NCBI GenBank assembly: GCA_051530055.1
Contig: CM121342.1
Span: 3,347,489 to 3,411,488 of the forward strand
Origin: Neoechinorhynchus agilis
Lineage: Eukaryota; Animalia; Acanthocephala
DNA length: 64,000 bases
Direction of reading: 5' to 3'
A program made the translations under genes and the position numbers. The notes beneath the pieces are model-generated. The model was given only the letters and a program-made list of their open reading frames with translations. It was not told where the DNA came from and did no database searches. Position 1 is the stretch's first letter; every line of letters starts with the position of its first letter. Positions 48,064 through 58,829 of the stretch are shown piece by piece.

Positions 48064-49230
48064 GGAAAAGAATTTGTTATCAATTTCAGTCGGTCCTGAA
48101 ACCGAGATCGTCAGAGTCGAATATTCCGACGGATTCAATCGATGATTTTATCAATTCAAGTGTAAAAAACCTCAAAAGCGACCGACGGAATTGAGATAAT
48201 CGGAGGTGAACATTGTCTCCATCGACTGAGAAAAAGATTAATAATATAACCGATGGATACGACTAAAGAATTTAATACGCAATCGTGGAATGCGCAACGC
48301 AAACAATAACGTCACTGCAATATACGAATTCCTCGAAAGCATCCATAGGCGAGGGAGGGGCGATAATCTCGTATTTGTGTTCGAGATTTCATCTGCGACC
48401 TAGAAATTTGCTTCTGTTTTCGCTTAATAGTCCACAAATTCGATGCCAAGAAAAGTTTACGCTTTAAATCAGCGATTGTCGTTTTCTTTTCATGATATTC
48501 AATAATCGTTGATATAGAAGACGATGTTCAATTGATTCATTTAGTCAAAGATGAGCTTATTGATGGATTTACAGGAAAAACGATATTTACAAACATTCAT
48601 CGAAAGGTAGGCAATTTTTGTTTAAGCGCAAATTAATTCGCCTTCGTTTTAAAGAAAGGTCTTAAACTTTCGGCTGAATCAATGAGATGCAGATTTCTGA
48701 AGGTGATTCTCCATCGCCTTCACAGATACCAAATATTCGTCAAAGGTTTTTCTTCCTTTTGAAAAAATCGTTGACTAACAGATCAATCGATTTTGTCGGT
48801 TATTGTAAATCACGCAGCTTTCAAAAGGTCAATTCTGAAAGGATTTCATGTTTGCGAATCCGATGAAAAAGACGAAGTGAAAATCGAAGAGTTTATGGAT
48901 TTTCCTGGTAAGGAGAATCAAGGCGATTCAATTTCTGAGGTCCTCAAAACCAATAAAAATGACGCAGCTACTCAGACGTTTGGACAACGACCATTTAGAT
49001 TTAAATCTCCTTTGGAGTTAATCAAAAACATTGATGTGAACTATAGAGATTTGAGAAAGTTGGATGAGAATGTTTTAGATGCAGCGGACAGGCGACTGTA
49101 CGCCATGGTAATGGCGCAGCAGACAAACCAACATGGAATCGATTTTTCCCAAGAATAAATTATGTAAACGCTTTCTTTGGCTTAAGATAGCCGTTAAATT
49201 TTATCCAAGGTTGCTTTCGAGTGGTTTTCA
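48064..49230 (+). repeat. module U copy 4, including open frame 48793-49158
   Basis: Matches 19757-21030. Confidence 0.85.
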
Positions 49231-49282
49231 ATTTTTATTAATGGCGAATTTTTACCACCTCGAGAGTAGAGAAATTTATTTT

Positions 49283-49309
49283 GAATTTTCGAGGCCTTAG
49301 CCTCATCAG
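49283..49309 (-). ncRNA. degenerate hammerhead core
   Basis: CTGATGAGGCTAAGGCCTCGAAAATTC; stem I partner not evident. Confidence 0.4.
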
Positions 49310-49609
49310 ACATCTAAAAGGGGAAATTCAGTTAGACGCCATCCAATCTCGCTATCTGGATTCAAGAGCGCGGGATCGTTGGTCGCTTCCATAACTAGTC
49401 GCCTATGTAATTGGTCCTCGACCTTAGCGACCCTTGCGCTATCGCGGAAACGATATTTATCGAGATGGAAGAAATGATGGAGGGTAACAAAACCAATTTC
49501 GCAATCAACCTACCAATAAATAATCTCCGTCGTAGACCAACGATCCCGCGGTCCTGAATCCAGATAGCGAGATTGGATGACTTCTGACTGAATTTCCCCT
49601 TTTAGATGT

Positions 49610-49639
49610 TTGATGAGGAGGCTAAGGCCTCGAAAATTC
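49610..49639 (+). ncRNA. degenerate hammerhead core
   Basis: TTGATGA-G-GAGGC(TAAG)GCCTC-GAAA-AT-TC; C3 mutated, stem I weak. Confidence 0.4.
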
Positions 49640-49771
49640 AAAATAAATCTCTCTACTCTCGAGGAGGTAAAAATTCGCCAATAATAAAAATAGCCGTTAA
49701 AGTCAATATTTTATGAAGTTAAGTTTCTTGTCTTTATGACTGGGCCTCTAAAACGAACTAGGATTTGAGCA

Positions 49772-52370
49772 ACTAAAAATCGATCAGTTTCTTCCACCGC
49801 CGTCCCCTCGCTCCACTCGGGACTTTACCGTCTCAGCAAATCACGACTCGCCGCATGTCGCACAGCCCACGCCCGACGCTGCTGACGCAAACGGATCACG
49901 AGACGACCGCCGCTGCAAATTCAGAAATTCAACTTTGGTCCAAGCAGCAAACGGAAATTTCACTTACTCTGGGCGCTGAGGCCAATGCTGCCCGAGATCC
50001 GCAGACCAAAATTAGAAAATTGGGAGAATTTTGGACTCGCGGCTCAAAGGATTACCGACGTGTTAGTTCCGGCCTTCTGCTAGCAAACACTGTACCTCAG
50101 CTCAATGAACCTCGTCAGAACATCAACCCTTCGTTGCTGGAGATCGTGCCCTGCCCAGAAACATCCTGAAAAGTATCCCGAAGGGCGCTCGATTTCAGGT
50201 AGCGAAGAGGTATTCAGCTGAGCGAATGTCTCGAGACAAATATCGAAATATCTTGGACAAGCCTTTTCGCATTCCCGAGACTGGTGCTCTGGAGTACCAC
50301 CTGACGTGTCCCTTGTTACCCTCATCCAAAACCGGGTGTCCTCCTTCGATAATTCGTTTGTAGAGGTCCTACGCAAAGCTCAGGTTTTTAGGGGAGATTT
50401 TTCAAAGCCACCGAATCCGAGCCGAGTTTCAACCCGTTCAATGACTCAGAGACTGTCTTCTAAACTCGCCGATGGTGATGTGAGAGGCGTGGTTCACATT
50501 CTATCATCCACCAACGAATTTGCAAGAGATGATACGAAAACTCACCAACTTCTCAGAGAGAAACATCCTTGACCCACTGGTCATCTAGGATATTGGGAGA
50601 TGATCCAATCGTGCACCCCGTTAGAATTTTCGATTGATGTTGTTAAGAAAGCCGTTTCTTCGTTCTCAAATGAGTCAACCGATGGGCTCGACCGGCTTCG
50701 GCTCAGCACCTAAAGGACATGATGTCCTTCTCCGTAGATGATCCATCCCATGTTCTCCTGAACGCCTTAACTCGATTAGTCGGCGTTTTCTCTGGAGACA
50801 ACCTGTCCCCCAAAGTGATCGAATTGTTTTTATGTGCTTCCTTCCGCGCTTTAGAAAAGAAGGACGGTGGGATTCGCCCAATCGCGATTGGCTCTACATT
50901 GAGACAACTTGCAGGGAAAGTGAATTCTCGGCGAGTATCAGAAGGTCTTGCTGAAATTCTTTGTCCAGTTCAACTAGGCTGCTGCACTCCTTGGTGGCGC
51001 GGAAGCCATAGTCCACGCAACTCCGTACATTTGTTATTGAGAACGCCAAACCGTGTTTGATCCACGCCTTCAATTCCGTTAATCGCAACTCGCTCTTAAA
51101 AGCTGTCAGAGATCACGCACCGAAGGCTTACGGGTATTTTAGAACTTCGTACTGAGCTGCGACCCCTCTTGTATTCAACGATCACATCATTCCTTCCGAA
51201 AGAGGCGTTCAACCAGGAGACCCATTAGATCCCATTGGTTGCGCGCTCACAGCGAACGAATTAGCGCATTCTCTTGATGCAGAATTCAATGCCTGGTACC
51301 TGGACGATACTACGCTAGGAGGCGATGGACCTGGAGAAAATCAAGATGGGGACAAGCATGCTGTTCATTGAATTGAACACAGAAAAGTGCGAAATTCTGT
51401 TCCGTAACACAGAGGGCGGCCCTGCAAAAGACGTAATAAAGCGTAACTTTGAAAATGTTGCACCCGGGATAGAAATGATCGACCTTCAGCGGTTTAAGAT
51501 TTAGGGCAGTTGCGTCTTTGATAGGAATGCAGAAAACTAAATTAACAACCTTCTAAAGAAGTTATCGGTGCCTTGCGATAGGGTCTGTGAGCTTGGATCA
51601 CACGAGGCTCTGTTCTTGATAAAGTACACCCTCTTCATCCCCAAGTTCCTTTATGTTCTACGCACTGCCCCGTTTTTCAAGCACGAGGTTCAGCGTGGCA
51701 AGCTAGATGACAGATTGAAGGACTGTCTCGAGCAAGTTTTAAATGTCCAGCTGTCAGAAGAGGCATGGCGACAAGCATCCTTGCCTGTATCTTCTGACGG
51801 GTTGGGTATCCGGAAAACAGCAGAAATATCTCTGCCCGCATCTTTAGGCTCCTATGAGGGAAGCGTAGTTCAGCGCATTTTGAAATCTACTTATCATTTT
51901 GATAGGCATTTTGAAGAGGGAATCAGTGAGTGGTGTAAACTGACCAATTCCGATCAAGTAGCTGTGAATGGCCAAAAACAATCTGTGAGGGTTCGACCTC
52001 TCGTCGCAAGTGTTCAAGGCTCTCTCTTATTAGACTCAAGCGACGACGTTGTCCGTGCCAGGTTGTCAGCAGTCTCCCGTAGAGAATCAAGTGCTCGATT
52101 GATCGCGGTCCCGTTGGCATTTGTGGATATTCTTCTCTTCGACCAGGCAGTACGGGTCGGAGTTTCAATGAGACTGGGACTACCGATGTGTCATCCCCAC
52201 CGTTGCCGCAGAGGTGCAAATGTGGATTCGTGAGGACGTCATGGTTTCATCTGTAGAAAATCAGCCGGCAGATTCGCAGCCGAAATTAACATGGTGCTGA
52301 GCCGGGCACTTTTTACGCGGTAAATACCCCCAATATTTTGGAACCTGTCAACCTCTGTAAGGAGACTGAA
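49772..52370 (+). mobile_element. CRE-B copy 3 (decayed, extends slightly further 3')
   Basis: Collinear with copies 1 and 2; AWYLDD at about 51292; ends in HGFICRKSAGRF..EPVNLC. Confidence 0.88.
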
Positions 52371-52371
52371 A

Positions 52372-53006
52372 TGATAAACTAATTGCTTTTTTCAGGAAGC
52401 ATTATTTGGACTTAAATTTTTATTTCATTCATCGCTTCGTAAAAACGGTTTTGCGTCTTTATATTCTTAAACCCGATCATTTTGTACTTTTTTTAAGATA
52501 AATCAGCAAAGCCAATGGAAGAAGATTTGTACTTCGACGACTAAGAAACTTATCCAAAATGAAATATTAATCCTAAACAAAAACCTACTCTGGGTTAAAA
52601 AAATCTGTATGCTGCGCATCTTGACAACATTTGAAAAAAAGGTTTAGAAAATAAATTTCAAGAAAGATTGTTTTATTAGATATCATATTAAGCACTAATT
52701 TCAAATACCGATGCTCAATAAAATGAACGTACAAGTCTTTAGCACGAGTAAAGATACAATTCACAATCTTCTATGCGCTCATAAGCATTATAAACAAGCT
52801 GAAAAATAAACCACAAATCGAGCTCTGATAGATTATTTGCGATTACTCTGTTCAATTTTATTGGCAATCGCCGTTGTTTCCGACGAATGCAGTCCCCATT
52901 TTAGATATTAAAGATTTATTTGTACAATATTTTCCAGTACAATGGATTGAGTGTCAGAGCGCCACTTATGGGGTTTTCTGCTTTGGCAAATTTATGCAAT
53001 TATTCT
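52372..53006. repeat. AT-rich block: 52372-52575 resembles S-gene upstream DNA (11425-11610); whole block duplicated at 58145-58785
   Basis: AAACTAATTGCTTTT...GAAACTTATCCAAAAT and CAATCGCCGTTGTTTCCGACG are shared. Confidence 0.8.
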
Positions 53007-53053
53007 TTGATGATTGTTTGATTGACAATCCGACTGAAAGAGATTTTATTGAA

Positions 53054-53092
53054 ACACCTAGCTTTCGCCGTCCAACGGCTTCTTCAGGGTGT
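53054..53092 (-). ncRNA. minimal type I hammerhead ribozyme
   Basis: ACACC-CTGAAGA-A-GCCGT(TGG)ACGGC-GAAA-GC-TA^GGTGT; perfect stems I and II, palindromic AGCT stem III. Confidence 0.85.
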
Positions 53093-54514
53093 AATCTACA
53101 ATGCGAGTGAAGATGAGTGGAAGTTCACATTAGATTCATGACGGCAGACAACTCATCCTTCTGGTTAATGAGTGTCCTACCGTCCGACCGATGCCCGCTA
53201 GAGTCCTCACGATCCCGGGTCTCTCGGGATATGATCAGCGCTTCCGCTATCGACAGTTCGACGGGATCCTGCGCTTTGTACATTATGCGCGTGGACAGCT
53301 GAACTGTTCCATCCGGGTGGACTCGCGAATAATGTTTCGCCCACGGTGTCGTCACATACGATTGCGCACTTGGGTTAAACGAGTTTCGTACATGCTCGGC
53401 CACTCTTTGGCGAAGTGGCCTTTCTGTTTTTCCCACGTACGTGACCAAGTGGCCACGGTCAATCCGACACCGTTCACACCGGATCTCGTAGACCACACTG
53501 CTCTGATCGCACATCTTCCAGTCACGATCAATGGCTTGCTGACGCTCCTCGTCCATCCTCGCACCTGCTGCGTATCTGCACATTAGGCACGACCGAGGGC
53601 ATTCCTGATGATCCTCATGATGCCTCGTTCTCGTCAGCATCCTCCGCAGCGTTCTACACCCTCGGTGCACAATATGCACATTCAACCCTGCTTGCCTGAG
53701 CAGTACTTTGACTCTCTTCGTGAACATTTCACTAACGTACGGAATTCGTAGGATCGGCCTATCGTCCTTTCGTTCACTCATGGGTCCAGCCTCTCGTCTA
53801 ATTCTATTTTCCACTTCTCGCTGTAACCCTTCGATCTCCTCTGTCGAATATCCGTTGTCCGCGAAGATCTTGTTTACTGCTTCGACCGCTCCACGCTTCG
53901 CGTCCCACGACGATGAGCAGGTGGTTGCCGATTTATGCATACCGGCGTATATCGCCGCTTTCATCGCCCAAGGATGGTGAGAATCTCGGTGCATCACAAT
54001 CGACTTCCTGCATGGCTTTCGATACCAATTGAAGTTGGACACATCGTCGGATTTGAAGCGGCGATTGAGGAATGGCAGGTAGTCCGAAGGTTGGTCTCTT
54101 GTAACTTGAATGCTCCTATTCGAGTCCATTGAATTTAATAGTGACTCAATGGTATCGACCTCATCATCCTCGGTGAAGGTCAGCAACACATCGTCCACAT
54201 AGCGGAGGTAAACTTGACTCGACGCTAAATGTGGATAGATGTGCAGTCTTTCCAGGTCATCGAGGTAGAGGACATTATTCGCGAGTCCACCCGGATGGAA
54301 CAGTTCAGCTGTCCACGCGCATAATGTACAAAGCGCAGGATCCCGTCGAACTGTCGATAGCGGAAGCGCTGATCATATCCCGAGAGACCCGGGATCGTGA
54401 GGACTCTAGCGGGCATCGGTCGGACGGTAGGACACTCATTAACCAGAAGGATGAGTTGTCTGCCGTCATGAATCTAATGTGAACCTCCACTCCACTTCAC
54501 TCGCATTGTAGATT

Positions 54515-54553
54515 ACACCCTGAAGAAGCCGTTGGACGGCGAAAGCTAGGTGT
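54515..54553 (+). ncRNA. minimal type I hammerhead ribozyme (inverted pLTR copy)
   Basis: Identical to the reverse complement of 53054-53092. Confidence 0.85.
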
Positions 54554-54619
54554 TTCAATAAAATCTCTCTCTTTCAGTCGGATTGTCAATCAAACAATCA
54601 TCAATAGATAAAACATGCG

Positions 54620-55610
54620 GCTGAACAACCAAGCAGCGCTTAGTAATGATATTGATTTTTATTACAAGTCAATCTGCGACGCAGTGACCGAAGCGGCCGA
54701 GAAATCCCTCCCGAAAATGAGGCGTATAAAAGCTGCAAAGGTTATATGGCAGGAGGACTGCGAATTTATGCCAATGGCTGAGCAGATCAAGACCCTGAGA
54801 AAACGAGGAAAACGATCTGATGCTCGCACCGCAAGTCTTGAACTTGCCAACCTCTATAATGAAAAGCAAAAGGCTTCGATAGAGGATGCAGTTCGCGGGA
54901 TCGCATATAAGGAAGGTTTTGTTAGTACCTCCTTAGCATGGCGAGCGATAAACATTCTCACAGGAAAGGTCCTTCCCTGGAAATCAGAAAAAAGAGAATC
55001 GCAAATTATTTTGCGGAAATTCTCAATTCGCCATTATCGTCCTTGGAAGTGGGTCCTGCACTTCCAAAAGGCACAATCGTCCCAAGCACTGAGGCATACT
55101 CCACTGGACCGATTTCCGTGAAGGAAGCGATTGCTGCGGCGAAAATGATGCGTGCGGGACGTGCATAAGTCCCAGATGGGATGCGGTTTGAATCTATTGC
55201 CGGAAAGATCATATCGATAATGAATGGCATAATGAATGGTGGCTCAGTACCTCAAATCTGGCAAACGGCGCATTTAACAATGATCCACAAGAAATGCTGC
55301 TCGACAAAGGTGGAGGACTACAGAGGTATATCCTTGATGTCCAACACGGCAAAACTTTTCAGCAGCATTTTGAGACGCCGAATTCAGCAAATCCTCGAAC
55401 CGTTTCTAAGAATTGACCAGAACGGCTTCAGGAAAGGTCGAGGCACCACAGAGCACATATTGGCTTTGAGGATGATCCTCGAGGAGGCACGAATTCATCA
55501 AACGGATGTGACGCTTGTATTTGTTGATTTCCGTCGAGCTTTCGATTCGCTAAATCGAACGACGATTGACGGTATCTTAAAGGAGTATGGAGTGCCGCGG
55601 ATCATGCACT
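54620..55610 (+). mobile_element. RTE-like family 2 fragment (linker and RT N-terminal part)
   Basis: FYYKSICDAVTEAAEK; PDG; YRGISLM; QNGFRKGR; FVDFRRAFDS. Confidence 0.85.
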
Positions 55611-56312
55611 AAATTGTAAAGACCTTTGGAATTTGTTGAAGAAACAAAGTCAAATGAAACGTTAATGTAATCGTTCCGGCGAAAAGTTAAAGCAATAAAA
55701 CCTTTTGCATGAATGCAAGAATTGGTTTTTCGAAATATTAATTCATTTCCTTCAGGATGTCGATGCTTCGCGGTCACATTGACATCTTCAATGTACATTT
55801 TCATCCCGAATTGTGGAATTGAGACACAAAGATCTTCATCGATGGATACAAAAAAAATTCTTTTATTTTTTCGGTGCCCTCTGAAGCGTCCGAGCGGACA
55901 CTGTACTCGTCATTGGGCTTTGGCCTGAGGCCGCAACTTACTGTAAATTGTTTCGAGATAGAAGTGAAAGTTAGAAAGCTGTTTTTCGCAGTGAGAGTTC
56001 GTTAGCGAAAATCGATGCTCTTTTGATGTTCTTTGAAAAGTGAGCCTTACCTTAACTCACGGAGAAAAACTTCTTGCGCTCTTCGCTATCTATGATCTCG
56101 TCAATAAACACCTTACCTTGAAAGTTGCGGCGAATCCAACAGAGCTTAAAAACTAAAATTATGCTTAATTTTTCCGTTGAATACAAGGCTCTATGAATCT
56201 TTGCTAAAAACCAAAGTGAGTAAAATGTAAAAATCGTTAAAATAAATCGTGCATTCATAGATTAACTTCATTGAGGTTAAGTCAGGAGTTTCCATCGCCA
56301 ACTCTACTTATT
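55606..56312 (-). repeat. module K copy 4
   Basis: Same RTE2|K junction (GGATCATGCACTAAATTG) as 32119 and 60766. Confidence 0.85.
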
Positions 56313-57036
56313 TCGGAAATATCGAATTTAATTAATTCCTTTTAGCTTTCCGCCTCAATCATGAACAATTCAATGTTCAAATAAATATTTGCCGAACAAG
56401 TGTTTTTGAGAATAAAAAGCATCGATAAAGATGTACTCAAGATTATGCACCTCGGAAATATCGAATTTTATAAATTCCCTTAAACTTTCCGCCTCAATCA
56501 AGAACAATTCAATGTTCAAATATAAATTTGTCGAACAAGTATTTTTGAGAATAAAAAGCATCGATAAAGATGTACTCAAGATTATGCACCTCGGAAATAT
56601 CAAATTTAATAAATTCCTTGAAGCTTTCCGCCTAAATAATGAACAATTCAATGTTCAAATATAAATTTGTCGATCAAGAATTTTTGAGAATAAAAAGCAT
56701 CGATAGAGACGTACTCAAGATTATGCACATCGGAAATATCGAATTTAATAAATTCCTTTAAACTTTCCGCCTCAATCATAAACAATTCAATGTTCAAAAA
56801 AAAATTTGTCGAACAAGAATTTCTGAGAATAAAAATCATCGATAAAGACGTACTTAAGATTGAGCACCTCGAAAATATCGAATTAAATAAATTCCTTTAA
56901 ACTTTCCGCCTCAATCATGAACAATTCAATGTTCAAATAAATATTTGTCGAAAAAGTATTTTTGAGAATAAAAAGCATCGATAAAGATGTACTCAAAATT
57001 GTGCACCTCGGAAATATCGAATTTTAAAAATTCCCT
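56313..57036 (-). repeat. 139-bp tandem array (about 5.2 units) derived from an LRR-like coding unit
   Basis: TCG(G)AAATATC at 56313, 56452, 56591, 56730, 56869 and 57008. Unit reads NIELFMIEAESLKEFIKFDISEVHNLEYIFIDAFYSQKHL. Confidence 0.9.
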
Positions 57037-57286
57037 GTTCTTAACAAATCCATCCGTATTTTCAACCGCAATGACGATACGCGTCCTTTTTTTATAGTAA
57101 AAAGGTCCAATATTGACATAGAAAAATTTCTTTCCATGAAGTCTATAGGCTTCAAGAAAATAACTCCAGCGAATAGACGTACGCGCAATTTCCTCGGCCA
57201 CTTCCGGTGCATCCGTGATTACACATAACCGCATAAACAACATAATGTTGTTTTGCTCTGGTTTACAAATACGACAGCGTATAAAT
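57031..57286 (-). repeat. module M copy 4, fused in frame to the LRR-like array
   Basis: ORF 56926-57243 ...VENTDGFVKNR|EFLKFDISEVHN... Confidence 0.8.
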
Positions 57287-57603
57287 AGGAAAAATTGGTT
57301 TTTCCATTCGTTTTGTTCCGCTCATTTTTTCTTCGGTTACTTCTCTACCTTTTTCGTCGGTTGTTCCGTTTTCTTGTTCAGTTCATTACTCACGTCAAAT
57401 ACAGATTTCTGTTTATAAAAACTAACGAAGGTTAATAGTTTATTTTTATACTTACCACCGAGAACCTTGGCCCAAAATTGCTATAAATGTGAAAAACTGA
57501 TGAATCGAGAAACGTAGGTCTTTAATTTCCAGTCTTAGATAATTTTAGACGAACTTTAAAATTAAATTAAGAATAATTAGGTAATTACTTTTTTATGGCT
57601 CTA

Positions 57604-58330
57604 TTTCTGAAGATATTTTCCAAGATATTAAATGAGAGAAATCCTTTTAGGAAATGTTGACGAAATCATTTTGTCTAACTAAACAATGCGAGTACGTAAC
57701 AAAGATGCCTTCCATCAATTATTTTTTATTCTAAATATGGAGTTCCACAGTAAAACAATTCTTTTTCTTTTGCAGATGGGGAGGCGAATTTAATCATTAA
57801 TCTTGATATAACTTTTATCATCCTCTAAACTAAATAATGCGCTCCAATATCCTTTTCTGAAAGTTTACGACGATTGCAGTTCCCAGCAACAAAACTGAGA
57901 AATATAACTTTGAAGCGTTCATGTTAATGTAATCTTATAATTCTGCGAACGCGTTAAAAAATATTTATTATCTTTTTCGCCATTGTTGCCTTCGCGACAT
58001 CGACGCAAAAATGAAAAATTCGATTTGCGTGTTGCCATAATTTTTAAAGACTACTTTAAAATTTCTTTATTTTATGTTTTAGCCTTTTTATCAACACTAA
58101 ATCAACGCATTAAAGTGTCCGAAGACTGAAGACTCAATTTAATATTAAACTAATTGCTTTTGACAGGAAGCATTATTTGGACTTAAATTTTTATTTCATT
58201 TATCGCTTCGTAAAAACGGTTTTGCGTCTTTATATTCTTAAACCCGATCATTTTGTACTCTTTTTAAGATAAATCAGCAATGCCAATGGAAGAAGATTTA
58301 TACTTCGACGACTAAGAAACTTATCCAAAA
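57604..58330. repeat. string of short pieces copied from 25337-25408, 26690-26742 and 26832-26897, then the S-gene start and upstream region (11140-11610)
   Basis: Direct matches, e.g. TTCTGAAGATATTTTCCAA, TATGGAGTTCCACAGTAAAACAAT, GGGAGGCGAATTTAATCATTAATC, AAAGTTTACGACGATTGCAG. Confidence 0.8.
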
Positions 58331-58829
58331 TGAAATATTAGTCCTAAACAAAAACTAAGATTCTGGGTTAAAAAAATCGGTATGTGCGCATCTTCACTAC
58401 ATTTGAAAAAAAGTATTTAGAAAATAAATTTCAAGAAAGATTGTTTTATTAAATATCATATTAAGCACCAATTTCCAATAAGGATGCTCAATAAAATGAA
58501 CGTACAAGTCTTTAGTACGAGTAAAAATACAATTCACAATCTTCTATGCGCTCATAAGCATTATAAACAAGCTGAAAAATAAACCACAAATCGAGCTCTG
58601 ATAGATTATTTGCGATTACTCTATTCAATTTTATTGGCAATCGCCGTTGTTTCCGACGAATGCAGTCCCCATTTTAGATATTAAAGATTTATTTGTACAA
58701 TATTTTCCAGTACAAGGAATTGAGAGTGTCAGAGTGCCATTTATAGGATTTTCTGCTTTGGCAAATTTAAGCAATTATTCTTTAGCAAATATTTCGCTAT
58801 TAGACGTAAAAATAAGATCGCTCAGCCAC

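Larger units (their letters stand above)
49231..49691 (-). mobile_element. Penelope-like remnant 3: 3' end plus inverted pLTR (arms 49231-49384 and 49535-49691)
   Basis: The arms are reverse complements. The minus strand encodes ARVAKVEDQLHRRLVMEA..TNDPALLNP (GIY-YIG C-terminal EA..LN signature). A hammerhead-like core is in each arm. Confidence 0.7.
53007..54604 (-). mobile_element. Penelope-like element 4, 5' truncated, with intact GIY-YIG frame and inverted pLTR (53007-53334 vs 54273-54604)
   Basis: YLRYVDD; YLPFL..WYRKP; LRIPYV; VVYEIRCERC..YVGKTERPLRQRVAEH; LSIAEALII; LINQKDE (ORF 53125-54198). The arms are reverse complements. Confidence 0.92.

Noticed and set aside
49231-49691. MITE or DNA transposon with ~155-bp TIRs
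   Set aside because: The arms contain hammerhead-like cores and a GIY-YIG tail, so a Penelope inverted pLTR fits better.
49800-49830. HDV-like ribozyme at the CRE-B 5' end (GTCCC..GGGAC hairpin)
   Set aside because: I could not build the nested double pseudoknot; the hairpin is absent from the other two copies.
56313-57036. CRISPR-like array
   Set aside because: Whole 139-bp units are repeated with no unique spacers; no cas genes; eukaryotic context.
9018-57286. Ciliate-style scrambled genes with pointer repeats
   Set aside because: Fragments overlap redundantly rather than partitioning a gene, and most junctions lack consistent pointer pairs.
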